A stretch of 63,993 bases of DNA, counting the filler, from Dimargaris cristalligena (lineage: Eukaryota), in the NCBI GenBank assembly GCA_003614675.1. It is 3 parts of 3 records of this genome, joined end to end, with 100 filler letters (N's around TTAATTAATTAA, not from the genome) between each part and the next. Parts side by side here need not be neighbours in the genome. Positions count along the whole stretch, not along the records: positions 1 to 22,798 come from ML002624.1; 2 more parts are not named here. One strand, 5' to 3'. Under the pieces are notes generated by a model. That model was given only the letters and a program-made list of their open reading frames with translations, was not told the DNA's origin and ran no database searches. How positions within the stretch are numbered: position 1 is the stretch's first letter; each line of letters begins with the position of its first letter. Of the stretch, positions 1 through 13,261 are shown one piece after another. Made by a program: the position numbers and the translations under genes.

Positions 1-648
1 CCACCTCCATCATGGACGCCCAGTGGCCGACTGATTTACCCGCTTCCCCCAACGAGAGTATCCTAGCCTCGGCCGACTACGTCCGTCGCCTAATCCGACA
101 CGTGCGTGAAGCCGAACTGGCCGCCCAGAAGCGCAAGGCCAAGGGCAAGGGTAAAAGCGGCGCGGCCGAGGCCGAGAAGCCCTTTAACCCGGCGGAACCC
201 AAGCACTTGACCATCGTGGTGGCCAGCCAGTTCCCCCCAATGGCAGGACGAAGCGGTGGCTGTGCTCCAGACCCAATTCGACCCCGCCACCGGTACCGTG
301 GACGACAAACTGGTGCGTGGTGAGCTGGCCAAGCGCGGCCTGATGAAGGACAAGAAGATTATGCCCTTCGTCCAGGACTTCAAGAAGAACCAAATCGAGA
401 AACTCGGCGCCGCCGCGTTCAACCGGGCCCTGATCTTTGACGAAACGGATGTGCTGGACCAGAACCGAACCTACATTGCCCAGTCGCTGGGTTACGACGC
501 GCTCCGGGTGCTCACCACTGATGAAATTACCCGCGAAGGGGCCGATCTGGCCGAGTTTGCGCCCGCCGATCCCGCTTCCCTTAACCGGTCGGCTGAGGCG
601 GCTGTTCCAGGCGTCCCCGCTTTTGTTGTGAAGAACCTGGTCAACTAG
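1..648 (+). CDS. CDC60: Cytosolic leucyl-tRNA synthetase, C-terminal part (5'-partial; apparent +1 frameshift at C-run 233-238)
   Basis: Joining ORF 12..323 and ORF 256..648 by removing one C gives ...SIMDAQWP...YVRRLIRHVREAE...LTIVVASQFPQWQDEAVAVL...KKIMPFVQDFKK...AFNRALIFDETDVL...AEAAVPGVPAFVVKNLVN*, the typical eukaryotic LeuRS C-terminus. Confidence 0.88.
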
Positions 649-1438
649 ACAGTCGTTTGTTTTTTCGGATGACTGAACCGGGTTATTTTAGCCTAAACAT
701 TGTAGTATTATACCCGCTATACGGTTGGTGGTAGACCTACTTTGGTACTAGGGTCCATTATTTAGACTATTGGATGTTTTAAATCAACTATAAATCAATC
801 ATTTATACCGCCCTTTGCTAAGTCGAGGTTGTGCCGGTGAATTAGCGCCAGCGCATGATGTTCATTAAATTGGCTCTTGTTAACCAATGTGAGGGAGTGT
901 GGTGCTTATGAGAGTAGATAAACCGGATAAGATATTTGAAGTTATTTACATGCATTAGATGCCGAGTGACTCCCCCACAGTCTGCCATGTAGGTAATTAT
1001 TCACTTGCTGTTATTGCGAAAGTGGCGATTAACGAGTAACGGGCACGGGACTTGGGCTTCATTTGCTATACGGACGGTGTACTGTGTGGTTACTAGCAAA
1101 AGAATCATGGCAATGTAGTCCTGCTAACGAATACTCCACGGATACTCCCTCATTATTGGAACTATACTGCCCGGGGATATATCTTTAGACAGTCCACCGC
1201 CAAGCGGGCCTTCCAAAATCTGCACGGATTAATACTAAAGTATTTGGTTCTATCTTTTATAAAATTGACGACTCATTATAAAAAAGGTCTATTGAAATCC
1301 GATTAAAATAATAAAAACTACCCACTGAGGGGGATAAATATCGGTGTTTTATTGAAATACGAGAGAAGGGTGGGGTCGGGCAGCAGTTAACACAACCCAA
1401 AGAGATTTCTTGAACAACAAAATGGAATGTATGTTTTT

Positions 1439-3188
1439 CTAGGCCGTGGTGTCCACGCTCAGCTCAGACACTGCCTTTAAAACGAGCTCGCACTTGTCCA
1501 TCATATGTTTCACGGACTGGGCGAATAGGACGGCAGGGGGGACGGCACCGGTAGATTCGATTTTGACTAGAAGAAAATAGAAGTGCATAGAGGAGACCGC
1601 ATGCATGAATAGCCGTAGGGTTAGTTACCAGGAGAGATGGGAAGAGGCTGAGTCTATATATTCACCTGATACATATAGCAAACCGGCTATGGATTGGCAC
1701 AGTTAGAAACACGTCCGAGGCACGGATACTTACAGATAAAGTGGTCCCGTTTACGTTTCAGCTCCACCAGGCCTTGGAACTCCTTGTGTCGAAGAACCTC
1801 TCGGCTCATGGTGTCCTTACGGGCATTCACCACTTTGGCGGTTTTTTGTCCTGTGAATTAGGAATGTCGGGCGAGGGTGTTTGAACCATAAATAAACCAG
1901 TGGTTAATAAGAAAATATCAGGACAGGGGATTCCCACTAATATCATATACCTGACTAGGAGGTACAATTGGCGGCAACTATCCAAGCACAGGGGCTAGGT
2001 AGCCAGATGGTGACACCACTTACCATTCTTCTCGATAATATCAACGACCCCCGAGGGGAAGCACTTTTGGAGTTTCAGGGCCATGTCGCCGGTGATTTCC
2101 TGCTTAATGTCAATGACGGGCAAAAGGCGATACGAGGCGGTAGCGACTGGGCTGTATTTAGCGTGGTCCCGGCCACTGCTCTTCTCACAGTGCAGCTCAC
2201 AGGTGATACGCTGGCCCGGCCGCAGTTTGGCGAGGAGAATGTCGTCCAACACGGGCTTAATGGGTCGATCGGCAAAGGTCTCGGCCTGTCCGTGCTGAGG
2301 CACCCATTTGAGGTGGCCCGAATAGACGCTGGAGTTTTTGTACAGCTTGTTGGGATCGGTTTCGTCCTTGGCGGCTTCTTTATTGTGGGTGCACTCCACA
2401 TCGAGTTTGAAAACGATGGTGTTCAGTTCAGTCAGGGGGTCGTCAGCTGTCGATAGGTGTCCGTAGTAAGCCCCGTACGCAAATAAACAAATAAAAAAGG
2501 AGTGATAGAAAGTCATTAGCTAAAGTGTAGGAATAATTTATTCGTGAACCTTACGGACGGGAAACAGATAAGGACGGGATGCTATATAAAGAGGATGGCT
2601 CAACTTACCCGATTTGGAGACGAACTTGGTCGGATCGGCATTGATGGGGATCAAGCCCAGGCGCTGGGAGAGTACCTCGTCCTGGACCACCCCGGTGTTG
2701 TAGTGCATAAACACCTTTTCGATGGCCATGGTGGGGACATCAGCGAGGAGGATACGCCGGAAAGCGTTGGACAGCGAAGCATCCAGACCCACCAGGTCGA
2801 ATTCCATTTCCTCGCGTGACACCCGCCATACTTTGACGTTGAATTTGTTACGGAACGCCTCCACTCCAAAGCCACGGTCGTCCCCGGGAAACTGATGGGG
2901 ATAGTCGTGGGAGGATATCTGATGAATACGACGGCAGACAAAAGGTCGAAACGGGGTGCAGCAGATGGAGTTGGTTAGCAACGGACATGGGTGGGGTAGG
3001 TGAGTATGTGTGTGTAACTCAACGAAGGGGTGATGTATAAATCGATGGAGTATCGCCCCCAAGGCTAGGGAAATAGGCACTGTGGCTTAGAGCACACGTT
3101 TGAGCCGAACCCGGACAATAGCGTAGCATTCACTTACATTGGTCACCGTTTCGGCTTCCAGGACAATATGGTCGCGATCGTACGGCAT
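1439..3188 (-). CDS. RPC40: RNA polymerase I/III shared subunit AC40 (RPAC1)
   Basis: Five exons with GT-AG introns and consistent phases: 3188-3138, 2918-2609, 2446-2024, 1850-1734, 1566-1439. Motifs EFDLVGLDASLSNAFRRILLADVPTMAIEKV, QDEVLSQRLGLIP, DILLAKLRPGQ, DHAKYSPVATASYRLLP, RKRDHFIFKIESTG. Confidence 0.96.
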
Positions 3189-3715
3189 GGTGGGTTAGTG
3201 GGGGCTGTATTAGAAAATGACCGACGGATTCAACTAGAGAACAGAATCGTATAGAGAATTGGGCGGAAGTAGCCGAGAGTTTGCGAACGAACGGCAACGA
3301 AGGGCCGCGCGATTGAACGGAGCAAAAAAAGAATAATAAACGGAAGAAACAGGTCGAAAAGCTCGCAAAGAGGAATTAGGATAGTGGATTTAACGCAGGT
3401 GGTCGACTCGAGCGAAAAACTCTCTACAGTAGCAGTGGTGGTGGTTAGTCTACTGTAATTGGGCCAGTTAGTGTGGATGAAGAAAAAAAAGGAATATGTG
3501 AGGACAACCAGGCCTTAAAAAAATAATTGGCAGGAAGAGAAGCCTCTCCTTTGGCCTAGTCGTACGCAATAGTCGAGTAACCAAACCATATACACACACC
3601 CCTTGGCTAGGGGACTCTAATGTACTGAGTTCTCTCTCCTTCGCTGCATTCTCGCCCTGCTCCGCTTTTGACTCCCGTGCCGAATCTCCCTCGTTTCTCG
3701 ATCCCACCCGTCACC

Positions 3716-5045
3716 ATGAAACTCGACGTTAAGATGCTCCGCTACCTCTCCAGCGAGGACTTTCGAGTGCTCACTGCTGTAAGTACCCGCTGACTATACT
3801 ACTCCCGTACCTTTAGGTGTCTCGGATACCCTTCCTCCTCATATACATAGATTGATATATTCATCGACCTAACGCCTGTACTGCGACCTCCTCCTGTTCT
3901 ATAACTATAACTCTCCTCTCGAAAATATCGCATGGGACCGTGTCTCCCCTTGGCATTCTCAGGTGGAAATGGGCTCCAAAAATCACGAAATTGTACCAGT
4001 AACCATCATCTCCCAAATCGCCAACCTACGCCACGGGGGGGTCCAACGCTGCATCAGTAGCTTAGCCCGTCGGAACCTAGTGGCCAAGGAAACCACCGCC
4101 AAATACGACGGCTACCGACTCACCTACGGCGGCTACGACTACCTGGCCCTGAAGACGCTAAGCAAGCGGGGAGCCGTGGTGTCCGTGGGTAACCAGATCG
4201 GCGTGGGCAAAGAATCCGATATTTACGTGGTGGCCGACGCCGAAGGCAACCAACGGGTGCTCAAAATCCACCGGCTCGGGCGCACGTCGTTCCGCACCGT
4301 CAAGAATAACCGTGACTACCTGCAGGGTCGCAAATCCGCCTCGTGGATGTATCTGTCCCGTCTGTCTGCCACCAAGGAAATGGCCTTTATGCGGGTCCTC
4401 AACGAACACGGCTTCCCCGTCCCCTTACCGGTTGACCAGAACCGCCACTGCGTAGTGATGGAACTGGTGGATGCCTTCTCACTTCGACAGATCAGCGAAG
4501 TGGGCGAGCCGGGCAAGCTCTACGCTGAACTAATGCAGATGATTGTTCGTTTGGCCCAGAGCGGCCTCATCCACGGGGACTTCAACGAGTTCAATATTCT
4601 CATCAAAGAGCCCGGTATCCCTATTCTCATTGATTTCCCCCAGATGGTATCCACCACCCACCGGAACGCCGAATTCTACTTCAACCGAGACGTCGAGTGC
4701 ATTCGGACTTACTTCCGGCGGCGTTACCAGTATGAGTCCGTCCTCTATCCCAAATTCACCCGGGACGCCAACCGGGAGTTCAGCCTGGATGTCGAGGTGG
4801 CCGCCAGCGGATTCAACAAAAAACAACAAAAGGACCTGATGGAATACATTGAGGCCAACGACGATGAAGACCATTCGGATTGCAGTGAAGAGTTTGTCTA
4901 CGAGTCGGACTCGGACGACAGCGCTGACGAGAGCGAAGCTTCCGATGCTAACTCGGCGGACTCGACTCCCGTAGACCCGCAATCCGCACCGGTAGACGAC
5001 GATACGCGGAAACTAACCGCCGCGGTTGACCGTCTTGAAATTTAA
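3716..5045 (+). CDS. RIO2: Atypical serine kinase RIO2 (40S maturation)
   Basis: Exon 3716-3778 (MKLDVKMLRYLSSEDFRVLTA) plus exon 3963-5045. Motifs VEMGSKNHEIVP, YDGYRLTYGGYDYLAL, IGVGKESDIY, IHGDFNEFNI, IDFPQMVS; acidic tail. Confidence 0.97.
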
Positions 5046-5265
5046 TCCATTCGATATGTAACGACAGAATCTAATCCCCAATTCCGCATTCCAACTACCA
5101 ATAAACATTGATTTCCTTGATTTATCTACTAGTATTTGGGCCGTCTCCAACCTTGGTCTCTTCAAGGGAGCATCGATAAGCCTTCGGGTCATAGCGCACT
5201 GTCACTTCAACGTCTTGCTATTCTATAGGCAACTTCCCAGTCGGTTGGCAACCTCTCTATTTTTG

Positions 5266-5306
5266 ACCATCGGTTAATTAGGCACTTGCAGTAATTAACC
5301 GATGGT
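5266..5306. repeat. Perfect 15-bp inverted repeat with 11-nt spacer
   Basis: ACCATCGGTTAATTA (5266-5280) and its exact reverse complement TAATTAACCGATGGT (5292-5306). Confidence 0.9.
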
Positions 5307-5857
5307 TCTATCTGCTTCTAACCTGCAGTGGGAATCCTATTGGTACCATATAGCTCTATAAACAGACGCAGTACCATGAGGATTATCGACTTCCACTATG
5401 CTACACGGTAACTAACGGTCTACCTTGACAATCCTGGTGGTCCTTAGAGAGCCGAATCTAGACAAGTCCCCAAACTGAATGGAAATTGGGATAAAGCAAG
5501 TAAGGAAACCTCTATTCTACCAATCGCGGGTAGCTGGTCGAGTATACTTTACGATACTACCTGCGGTACATATGAAATACCCGTTATTTCCGGCGGATAG
5601 CAGTCTGCCATTTAGCTGCTTAGTATTTGGCCAGTCCATATAGGATTGTGAAAATCGTAGTTATAGTAATTTAGTATTAAAATGATACAAATGGAAACAT
5701 AAAAACAAAGCTGACCCTGAAGCGAGTCTGCAAAGGACCCGGTGGGATTGACCCACTGCACCACAATGAATGGTGGGTGGAAGTGGATTTGGGAGGGACG
5801 GGGACTATTATAATAAAGGGATCCACGGATGAACCAGGTAAGATTGGCGAGGCTCGA

Positions 5858-6793
5858 CTACACCTTACTAGTGACGGTCCGCCGAAGTTGCCAAGTCAAG
5901 ATCAAACAACTTAGAATGACTACATGGCGAATAAATGTAAGATATGATAAAATATGGCATATATAACGATGTGTGAGAATCCGTGGTGCTTATTTTCACC
6001 GAGGCTAAGGATTTTGGAATACAATGGAAACCCCAAACGATAAATGGAACGTTATTATCAATAATCGCTGACGAAGGTCCCCAAAGACCAATGTCATCGA
6101 TTCGCATTACTTACCTGATATAAATATAAAAATGACGGACAAGTCATTGATGACGTCGAAGAGGGAGAAGGCCAGGATGCCCCGAGAAAAAGCTGTCCCA
6201 ATCCAGGCCACCATTCCGTCTCGGAATAGAATACCGTACATGCTGGAGTTGAATTGCCGGCTCGCCCGGAAAATATACGCCAGGAAAGTGACCGTAACAA
6301 TAATATTAAAGAGAATTTCGGTCGCCACGGACAGGATGAAGCTCTTCACTTCGATGGTGTTGGTGCATAGGGTGCTGAAAGGGTTATAGACTGTGGTCAT
6401 TTCGACGCTGGCGTAAAAGTTGCTTCCCATGGCTACGAGATGGGCAATAATTAGGCAGTACAAAAGGATACGGGACTTGCCGCTGGCATAATAGGCCTTA
6501 ATAATTAAAATAATACCAGAAAAAAACACGGACACGCTGTAGCTGGCCAGGAACAGCCCCAGGTAGACTTTACAGGGGTAATCTATGTAATCCCGAAAGA
6601 GAGTAAAAAAGATTAGCCAAAATAACATAAGATTCATGATAAAACAGATGACAGGCAGGATTTGGCGGTTGCGTTTTAGGGTTACGGCCGATAGGTAGGT
6701 ACAGTGGCCGAGCAACAGGATAATAAATGCCCCCGCGAACCTGAACATTTGCAGGCTGCGTATGGCCAAAGCGGGAATTTTCATAACCTCCAT
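5858..6793 (-). CDS. Multi-pass (about 7 TM) membrane protein, GPCR-like fungal family; tandem copy 1
   Basis: Exon 6793-6115 and exon 5919-5858 (VILSCLILTWQLRRTVTSKV*). About seven hydrophobic segments, two loop cysteines (YPCKVY, STLCTN) and an LFRDG motif; clear paralogue at 8461-9502. Confidence 0.8.
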
Positions 6794-8460
6794 GGTGCTA
6801 AAGGGTTAGAAGGGGCTGGGCGGAAGGGCGGCCAGCCGTCGACTGGAAGGCAAATAAAGGCTAAATGGTGCCAGACCTGCTAATAGTGAGGGGTTTTTTG
6901 GGCTACCACAGGCAATGGAGGTTGGTTGGATTATCAAATGAGTAAATATAACCTTGGAGAAGGGGATATGATTGGTAAGATACACCAGGCGGAAGGGGGT
7001 ATTGTTAAGAAAGAGTCGAGTAGAACCAATATCAGCGTAGAAAGGCTGCCGAAGACTTGGCCAGGGCAGCACAGGGCTCGTATTTATTACTGGACTGTCA
7101 TTCCACTCCTGGTGTACCTTGACTGTTCAAGGCAGTCGACTCTATTCGGCCTGCTCATGTAAATCATCGGTTTACCATTCCCCATTCGCCTGTACAGAAA
7201 TATAGCGAGGTATAGTGGTGATGCTGTATCTAGTAATAAAATAACCTAGGGGGGCAAAACGAGTCCCCTAATATGGGGGTGGCTGGGAAGATCCTATACC
7301 ATTGTCCAGGGTGGATATCTAGCAATTTCACCTGTTTATAACTGAGTTATCCAGGCAAACACCATTAGGGATAATCAAACGAGACTGGGTGGAGTTAGGC
7401 ATAATGGACCAATGTATTGTGTAAGTGGACTTAACTAGGCGGAGTGGAGTGGTGGGTATGGATACCCCAAGCTAGTCCCATGACGCCTAAGGGATCGGGA
7501 GTATCGCTCTACCCATTGGATTGTGAATCGGGGGATTGGGTTTTAGCCGTTGGGAGTCTTTAGGCATTTTTCAAGGCCGGATCGGCCAAGATGGCACTGA
7601 ATACGGAGGGACGGATGGTAAACATTGCACATGAGCGTAAGCAGGTACTTTAGGGCAATTGAAGGAAAAAACCACTGCCCCCCACACTGGACTTGGATCG
7701 GCCCAAGGGGCAATCCTATCCTTCGCTTGGTTGCTATTCTCCCATACCATTGTTGAAAAAGGCTCATGGTGGCGAATGGGGGTATGCCTTACCTGTTAAG
7801 GCACACTAGTTTGTTTAATCCATCCAGCCTAGTGAGAAACTAGACCAACATCACTCCCTAAAAGAGGCATTAGCCAACGCCTAGGCCAAGCTGTACGGTA
7901 TTTTCCGACCCATTTCTACCGCCCTTTATCCGATACCTCTTTTGGACTGAGTGATAGGGGCACCAGTGAACCAGTAGCCTATTCGCCTGACCGTATAATT
8001 AAAAGCCGGGCTACCTGACCATGCGCTCTGGTGCGATAGAGCCACACCATCTACCATCTTTTTAAGCGGGGTGTGTAATAGTCTTAAACAGATCTGGTAT
8101 CCCCTTGCCAGATATTCACATGGTATAGCCCGCCTATCTCATTGGCCATTTTCGATGGCAATTTACTATTCATCTCATTTTGATTTTTTATAAGAAATTA
8201 CTATATATAATATAATATCCGATGCATTCACAAATAATAGGAATGGTAATTTGATATCGAAGCAGTCCTGAAAAATATTTACAATTGCTCATTCTATATT
8301 TGGTGATAGGCCTCAGCAGGGTTGGGTCAAGCGTCGGTCTGAGAGCACGACATGTAGAGTTGGCGTTTTATCTACGGATATGCTTTCCGAGGCGGTTAAA
8401 AGTACATTGAGAGTTTAGGTGACGGCGTGCGATAATTTTCGAGAAAAATAATTATATATT

Positions 8461-9502
8461 TTAGCGGCGATTTTTGCCCAGGGTGTGGCGAAGTTGCAAG
8501 GTGATGATGCAGCTGGTGGCAAGCACTGTGGATGGGACGGGACGCAATTAAGGACCAAGGATACGTATAGTGTATAGGGCTAAGTGAGTAAGTCAAGTCG
8601 GGTGCATCACCATGTGGAAGGTGGGAAGGCAATGTCAGCAGTGGCCTAAACCGAAAGAAGGCTGGCCCTGTGAGTAACTACTTTGGAAAATAGCTTACAA
8701 ACCAGTTTGTCGATCACGAACTGGCTGGTTTAGCTTTGGAGTCCCCCAACAGTATATTTAGTGTGGAATATGGCACAAAATGGGTATTGCCATTCGAATC
8801 ATTCCTATAAAGGCGACCCGGCTTACCAGATATGGAAATGAAGACGACCGCCAGAGAGTTGACAGACTTGAACAGGGTAAAGGCCAGCACCCCCCGGCAG
8901 ATGGCGGTTCCAATCCACGCCACCATGCCATCGCGAACCAAAACAGCGTATAGATTGGAGCTAAAGCGGCGGTAGGCCCGGATAATATAGATCAGGAAAG
9001 TGAACGTGACGACTAAATTGAAGAGGAATTCGGTGGCGACGGAAGTGATAAAACTGGGGAGGGAGATCTCGTTGCCGCACAGCGTCGTTTCCGGCCTATA
9101 CATGACCCCAATCTGGGTCTCGGCGTAAATATTGGTAGCAACGGACACGGTATGAATAACGATGAGGCCGTATAGTACTAGGTTTGATTTGCCACTGGCA
9201 TAGTATGCCTTGACCAGTAGGATTACCCCCGAAAAGGCCACTGATACGGTGTGGCAGGAGAAAAAAAGACCGGTATAAACATTACACGATAGCTGAAGGT
9301 GGTCCCGGAGGAGAACAAACAGGGTCAATGTGGTCAAAATCAAATTCATAAGGAAACAAAGGATATGTAGTAGTTGGCGCTTGCGCACGAGAATAAACCA
9401 CGAGTGATAGAGGTTGTGGCACATGATCAACATCATCAGTCCGCCCGTAATACGGAACAGCTGCAGGTTCCAAAGGGCCGACAGGGGTATGTTCATGTCC
9501 AT
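8461..9502 (-). CDS. Multi-pass (about 7 TM) membrane protein, GPCR-like fungal family; tandem copy 2
   Basis: Exon 9502-8827 and exon 8525-8461 (VLATSCIITLQLRHTLGKNRR*). Same intron position and phase as copy 1; shared blocks KAYYASGKS, SVATE.LFN, RDGMVAWIGTA. TATATAAA on the minus strand near 9613-9620. Confidence 0.8.
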
Positions 9503-11349
9503 TTGGAGGGATTATAGAATCTTTGGATATAAGGAATGGAATAAGGGTAATCAGGCGGACCAAGTCGGGTGGTGCGAGTAGTTCATTGTGCCCAGAAAGG
9601 CCAAGTACCAGCTTTATATAGGCCAGCCTCGGCTCCGCCCCGAAGAAGTAAAAAGGTGACGGGGGCCTCGCCAATCCACCCCGAGATGATGGACAACAAG
9701 ACCATGCCAATAACGCACCATTATACAGTGGACCAAGCCGAGGAAATTTAGGTACACTAACCACCCGGTCAGCTTAAGTAGTGAAAATGATGAGCACATT
9801 CCAACATTAAAGGAGAAAGTAAATTCTCAACAATACACTACGGTTTTGGGCTGCGAAAAAACATTAATAATAATAATCAAGGCGAGGGAGGAGGAGGAGG
9901 AGGGGGGGCTTGGGCCAATCCAAGTGAATTGAAACTCGCCACTGTTCCACACTATTGAGAACAATTTTGGTTGTTTTATGTTGGTTGGCGATAATCCACT
10001 CCAAAGATTCAGCAGGCCAGTCAGATAAGCCGCCGGGGTGCTTATGAAGACCACAGCAGAGTATACGAGTGAAAATCGGACCATCCGAAGACCAGCATGG
10101 GGGATAGTAGCCCGAGTAATCAATATCCTCGGCCTGGCCCCATAACTGAGGACATCCCGATAACATCTAACCATGGCGGGGTTAATCATCCAGCCCCCAA
10201 CTTCACAGGTGGCTCCAACACATACAAGCCTTATCTCTAATTTGGTACACTCATTTCCCCACGCCCAATGCTTAGATTGCTGTTATTCTGGTTGCTGGCC
10301 AGTTAATAATACTTTAAGTACTAGTGAGTGAAATTCGACCGAGCTATATAGAGTTTTGAAGAGTACATGTACGGAAAGATAAGCAGGATATTCATGTTTA
10401 ACCAGTAGCATTCGCCTTATCCAACGGATTTTTCGGTATACAGCCTGGTTGAACCTCTCCCTAGTGTTTCTTAAGCAGCACGGGTGGGTGAAAAAAAAGG
10501 GACATCTTTCTCTCTTTTTGGGTTTACTGGGGTGTGGTGGGAATGTGGTTCTCTAATAGGAGAGTGATGTGCCTATTAGGGACATTGGGCATGTCGACTA
10601 AAAAGGTAACAATGGCTAATAGGGAATTAGAAACCCCCGGCTTGAGATTACGCATTGATCCCCCAACCTTTTAATATCTCGAGTTTGGCAATCAGACCTT
10701 GCGGAAACAGAAAATATCCTCAATTACACTAATCAGCTTATAACTGGAGAGTATCGGCTACTTGTAAAACCCTATTTCACAAGGTACAGGTAAATTTGGT
10801 CTCACCTTCGAGTCTGGTATAAGTGCTCTGAAGGACGGATCGGCCAAACGGAAATAGAAAGTAGAACAACCCGTTATGGAAACGGCCATAGTGGAAAAAA
10901 GATGGGTGCTATATAAATGTACAATACAGGTATTTAGGGATATCTTCGTTGAACCAAAGTCATATTGGGGCTCAAAAAGGTCTGTCCCACCATCAATCAA
11001 AGAAGGCCGGCAATTGCCAAACGGACCTGGGTATTCGATGGCTATCACAACGTTTTCACGCCCAATATCCCTCCTGCTGACCAGTTAGCTCGGCCCATCT
11101 TAGCTGTATAATTTAGCTGCCATGTTATTAAACAGGCGGCCACCATGCCTTGATGGATAAATATTCAGACAAAATAGCGGGAAGAGACCACTCGAAAAAC
11201 TGTATGTAATTAGTGACCACTGGCGGAAACTGGCCCTAGACATAAAAATACATATGGTTAGGGTGAGTGGTGATATTCTAGTGCAAACTAGCCTGAAAGA
11301 CTGGTATACCCTGGCATCAACTTAGAGTCAACGAACCGTATATACATTA

Positions 11350-12063
11350 TAAGTGGAACATGGCCTGTTTAGAACACCTTAGGTGAATAGGAGTGCCATA
11401 GTTCCTGTATATGGAGAGTCTAGAGAACGAAGCTACTAAGATTATAATTGGAAAAAAGGCAGTGCCCATCGAAAAGATCATACCGTCGACAAAACGAATC
11501 CGGTACAAGTTAGTTGCACGAAAGAGATGGGCACGGAAAATAAAGACTAAGAAGACCCCAGATATGGGATTAAAGATAAAATCGGCTGTCAGGGATATTA
11601 TAAATAACGTCGCCTCGAATTTTTATATAGCACGGCGTGCTGGTTATATTGGTTGAGACAATTACCTCGGTAGTGCTATTGATTTTAATGCCGATAAAAT
11701 TGGGTAATGTGATTTGGGGAACGAACTAGGAGCGATTAGAAAAATGATGCAATTTGGCGCTTTGGGCGAATGAATAGGGATATCAACACTGTAATTTGGC
11801 GTTGAAAAAGAGCCGCCAGCACCACTGAGGGGTCTAGTTGGAGGATAAAAGGGCCGTTTCTTTCTTGAGCCAAAGAGACCCATTCACATTGATGTTGGAG
11901 ACATTTTCTACACTCGACTAAAACTGCTGCCCAGGGGGAATCAGTCGCGGCACACAAGAGCAGTGATCGGCCATAAACTGTCGTGGCTGGGTTAGAGTAT
12001 CATACACCAAAAAACAGTGAAATGAGTGATCCCGGCGGATTGCTGCAGTTGCCAATATTCCAT
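11350..12063 (-). pseudogene. Degenerate third copy of the 7TM-like family
   Basis: Minus strand 11350-11620 reads FEATLFIISLTADFIFNPISGVFLVFIFRAHLFRATNLYRIRFVDGMIFSMGTAF, which aligns with the C-terminal TMs of copies 1 and 2. A frameshift at an A5 run (11620-11624) separates it from STPCYIK (cf. STLCTNT). Upstream similarity to about 12063 is weak and interrupted by stops. Confidence 0.65.
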
Positions 12064-13261
12064 CACTATTAAGGGGACCAGACCAAAGTCACCTATATAT
12101 TGGCAAGGCTGCTAAAGCCAGCCTGCCATGTTTACTTGTTAAGCCGGCCTGGCTTCCAACGGCTTAAACGGTACCCCTTGCACCGAGAGCTCCCAATTTT
12201 ATCATGCACTCTCAATTTTGTGCCGGCTCAGTGGGAATGGCTAGATCGGCTATACTAGGTTTCTTCGATTTTTGAGGTTATTTAAGCTTCCCACGGAGAC
12301 TGGCTAATCACCATTATGTAGCCCATGGAGTAACTCGTTCCCCCAATGTGGAATACGGGGGAAAGATATGGCCTAGGTTGGTCTCATAATATTATCCCCT
12401 GTAACTTACTCCCAAGGAATCCCCTGCCTTAAAGGCGTGCTGTATGATCATTGTCTAATAGTAAAATAGGTTGGGGCTATACGATGCCACATCAATAAAT
12501 GGAACCCGGTGCCCATCAGATTAACTGCTACAGCAACGTCTGGTGCACGCCATTGAATCGACGACCCAGTCTATAGCGCCCGCTTACTGATGTATGGCGA
12601 ATCACAGGGCCATGGAATAGCAATACGTATTCCCAATATCCACCATGCTTGGGAACCACACATAGTGGATATGCCAGTCTGTGTAGTGTAAAATGTGGAG
12701 TTGGTACTTGATAATGCAAAAATCGTCATTGGAAAAAGTCTCGGGCATAATAATACCATAGCTGAGGTCTTCCGAGGTGATTTAGCTTGGCCTAACCGCA
12801 TACCTCCATTATAACTACCGCAGGTGCACCCTATTGTTAAAACAGGGTATACTGGGCCTTAATTAAAAAGCAGCTAGTGCCTTTGTCAGATATTCGATTC
12901 CCACCCCCAAATAACAGCCAGTATACAATATCAAATAAATTTATTGAGAGCGTGTCATTAGGAGAGGATAATATAATACACCATCCATAGCGTGGCCAAT
13001 TTTATTAATATTTCGTATTTTAGATTCAAGGCTCTATCTTGTAAAAAAAGGCCTATATTGTAGTCGATTATACAAACCCCCCTCGTCCACATTGCCCTGG
13101 CACATGCACTGGGGGAAAAGGTATATGGCAAAGTAGCGAATTACACCGTGGAACGAATCCGGGGGGGAGTGGTAAATAAGCGACGATTAGGGTGGAAAGG
13201 GGGGGTAGCCGCCGGGTAGATGGGGTACTTCTATTGAAGGGTTAGTTGTGTGCGTGCTGAC

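Noticed and set aside
1968..2819. Long antisense ORFs over RPC40, and similar ones over RIO2, MVP1, LRG1, RPF2 and the cyclin
   Set aside because: Shadow frames produced by GC3-biased codon usage; no independent protein features.
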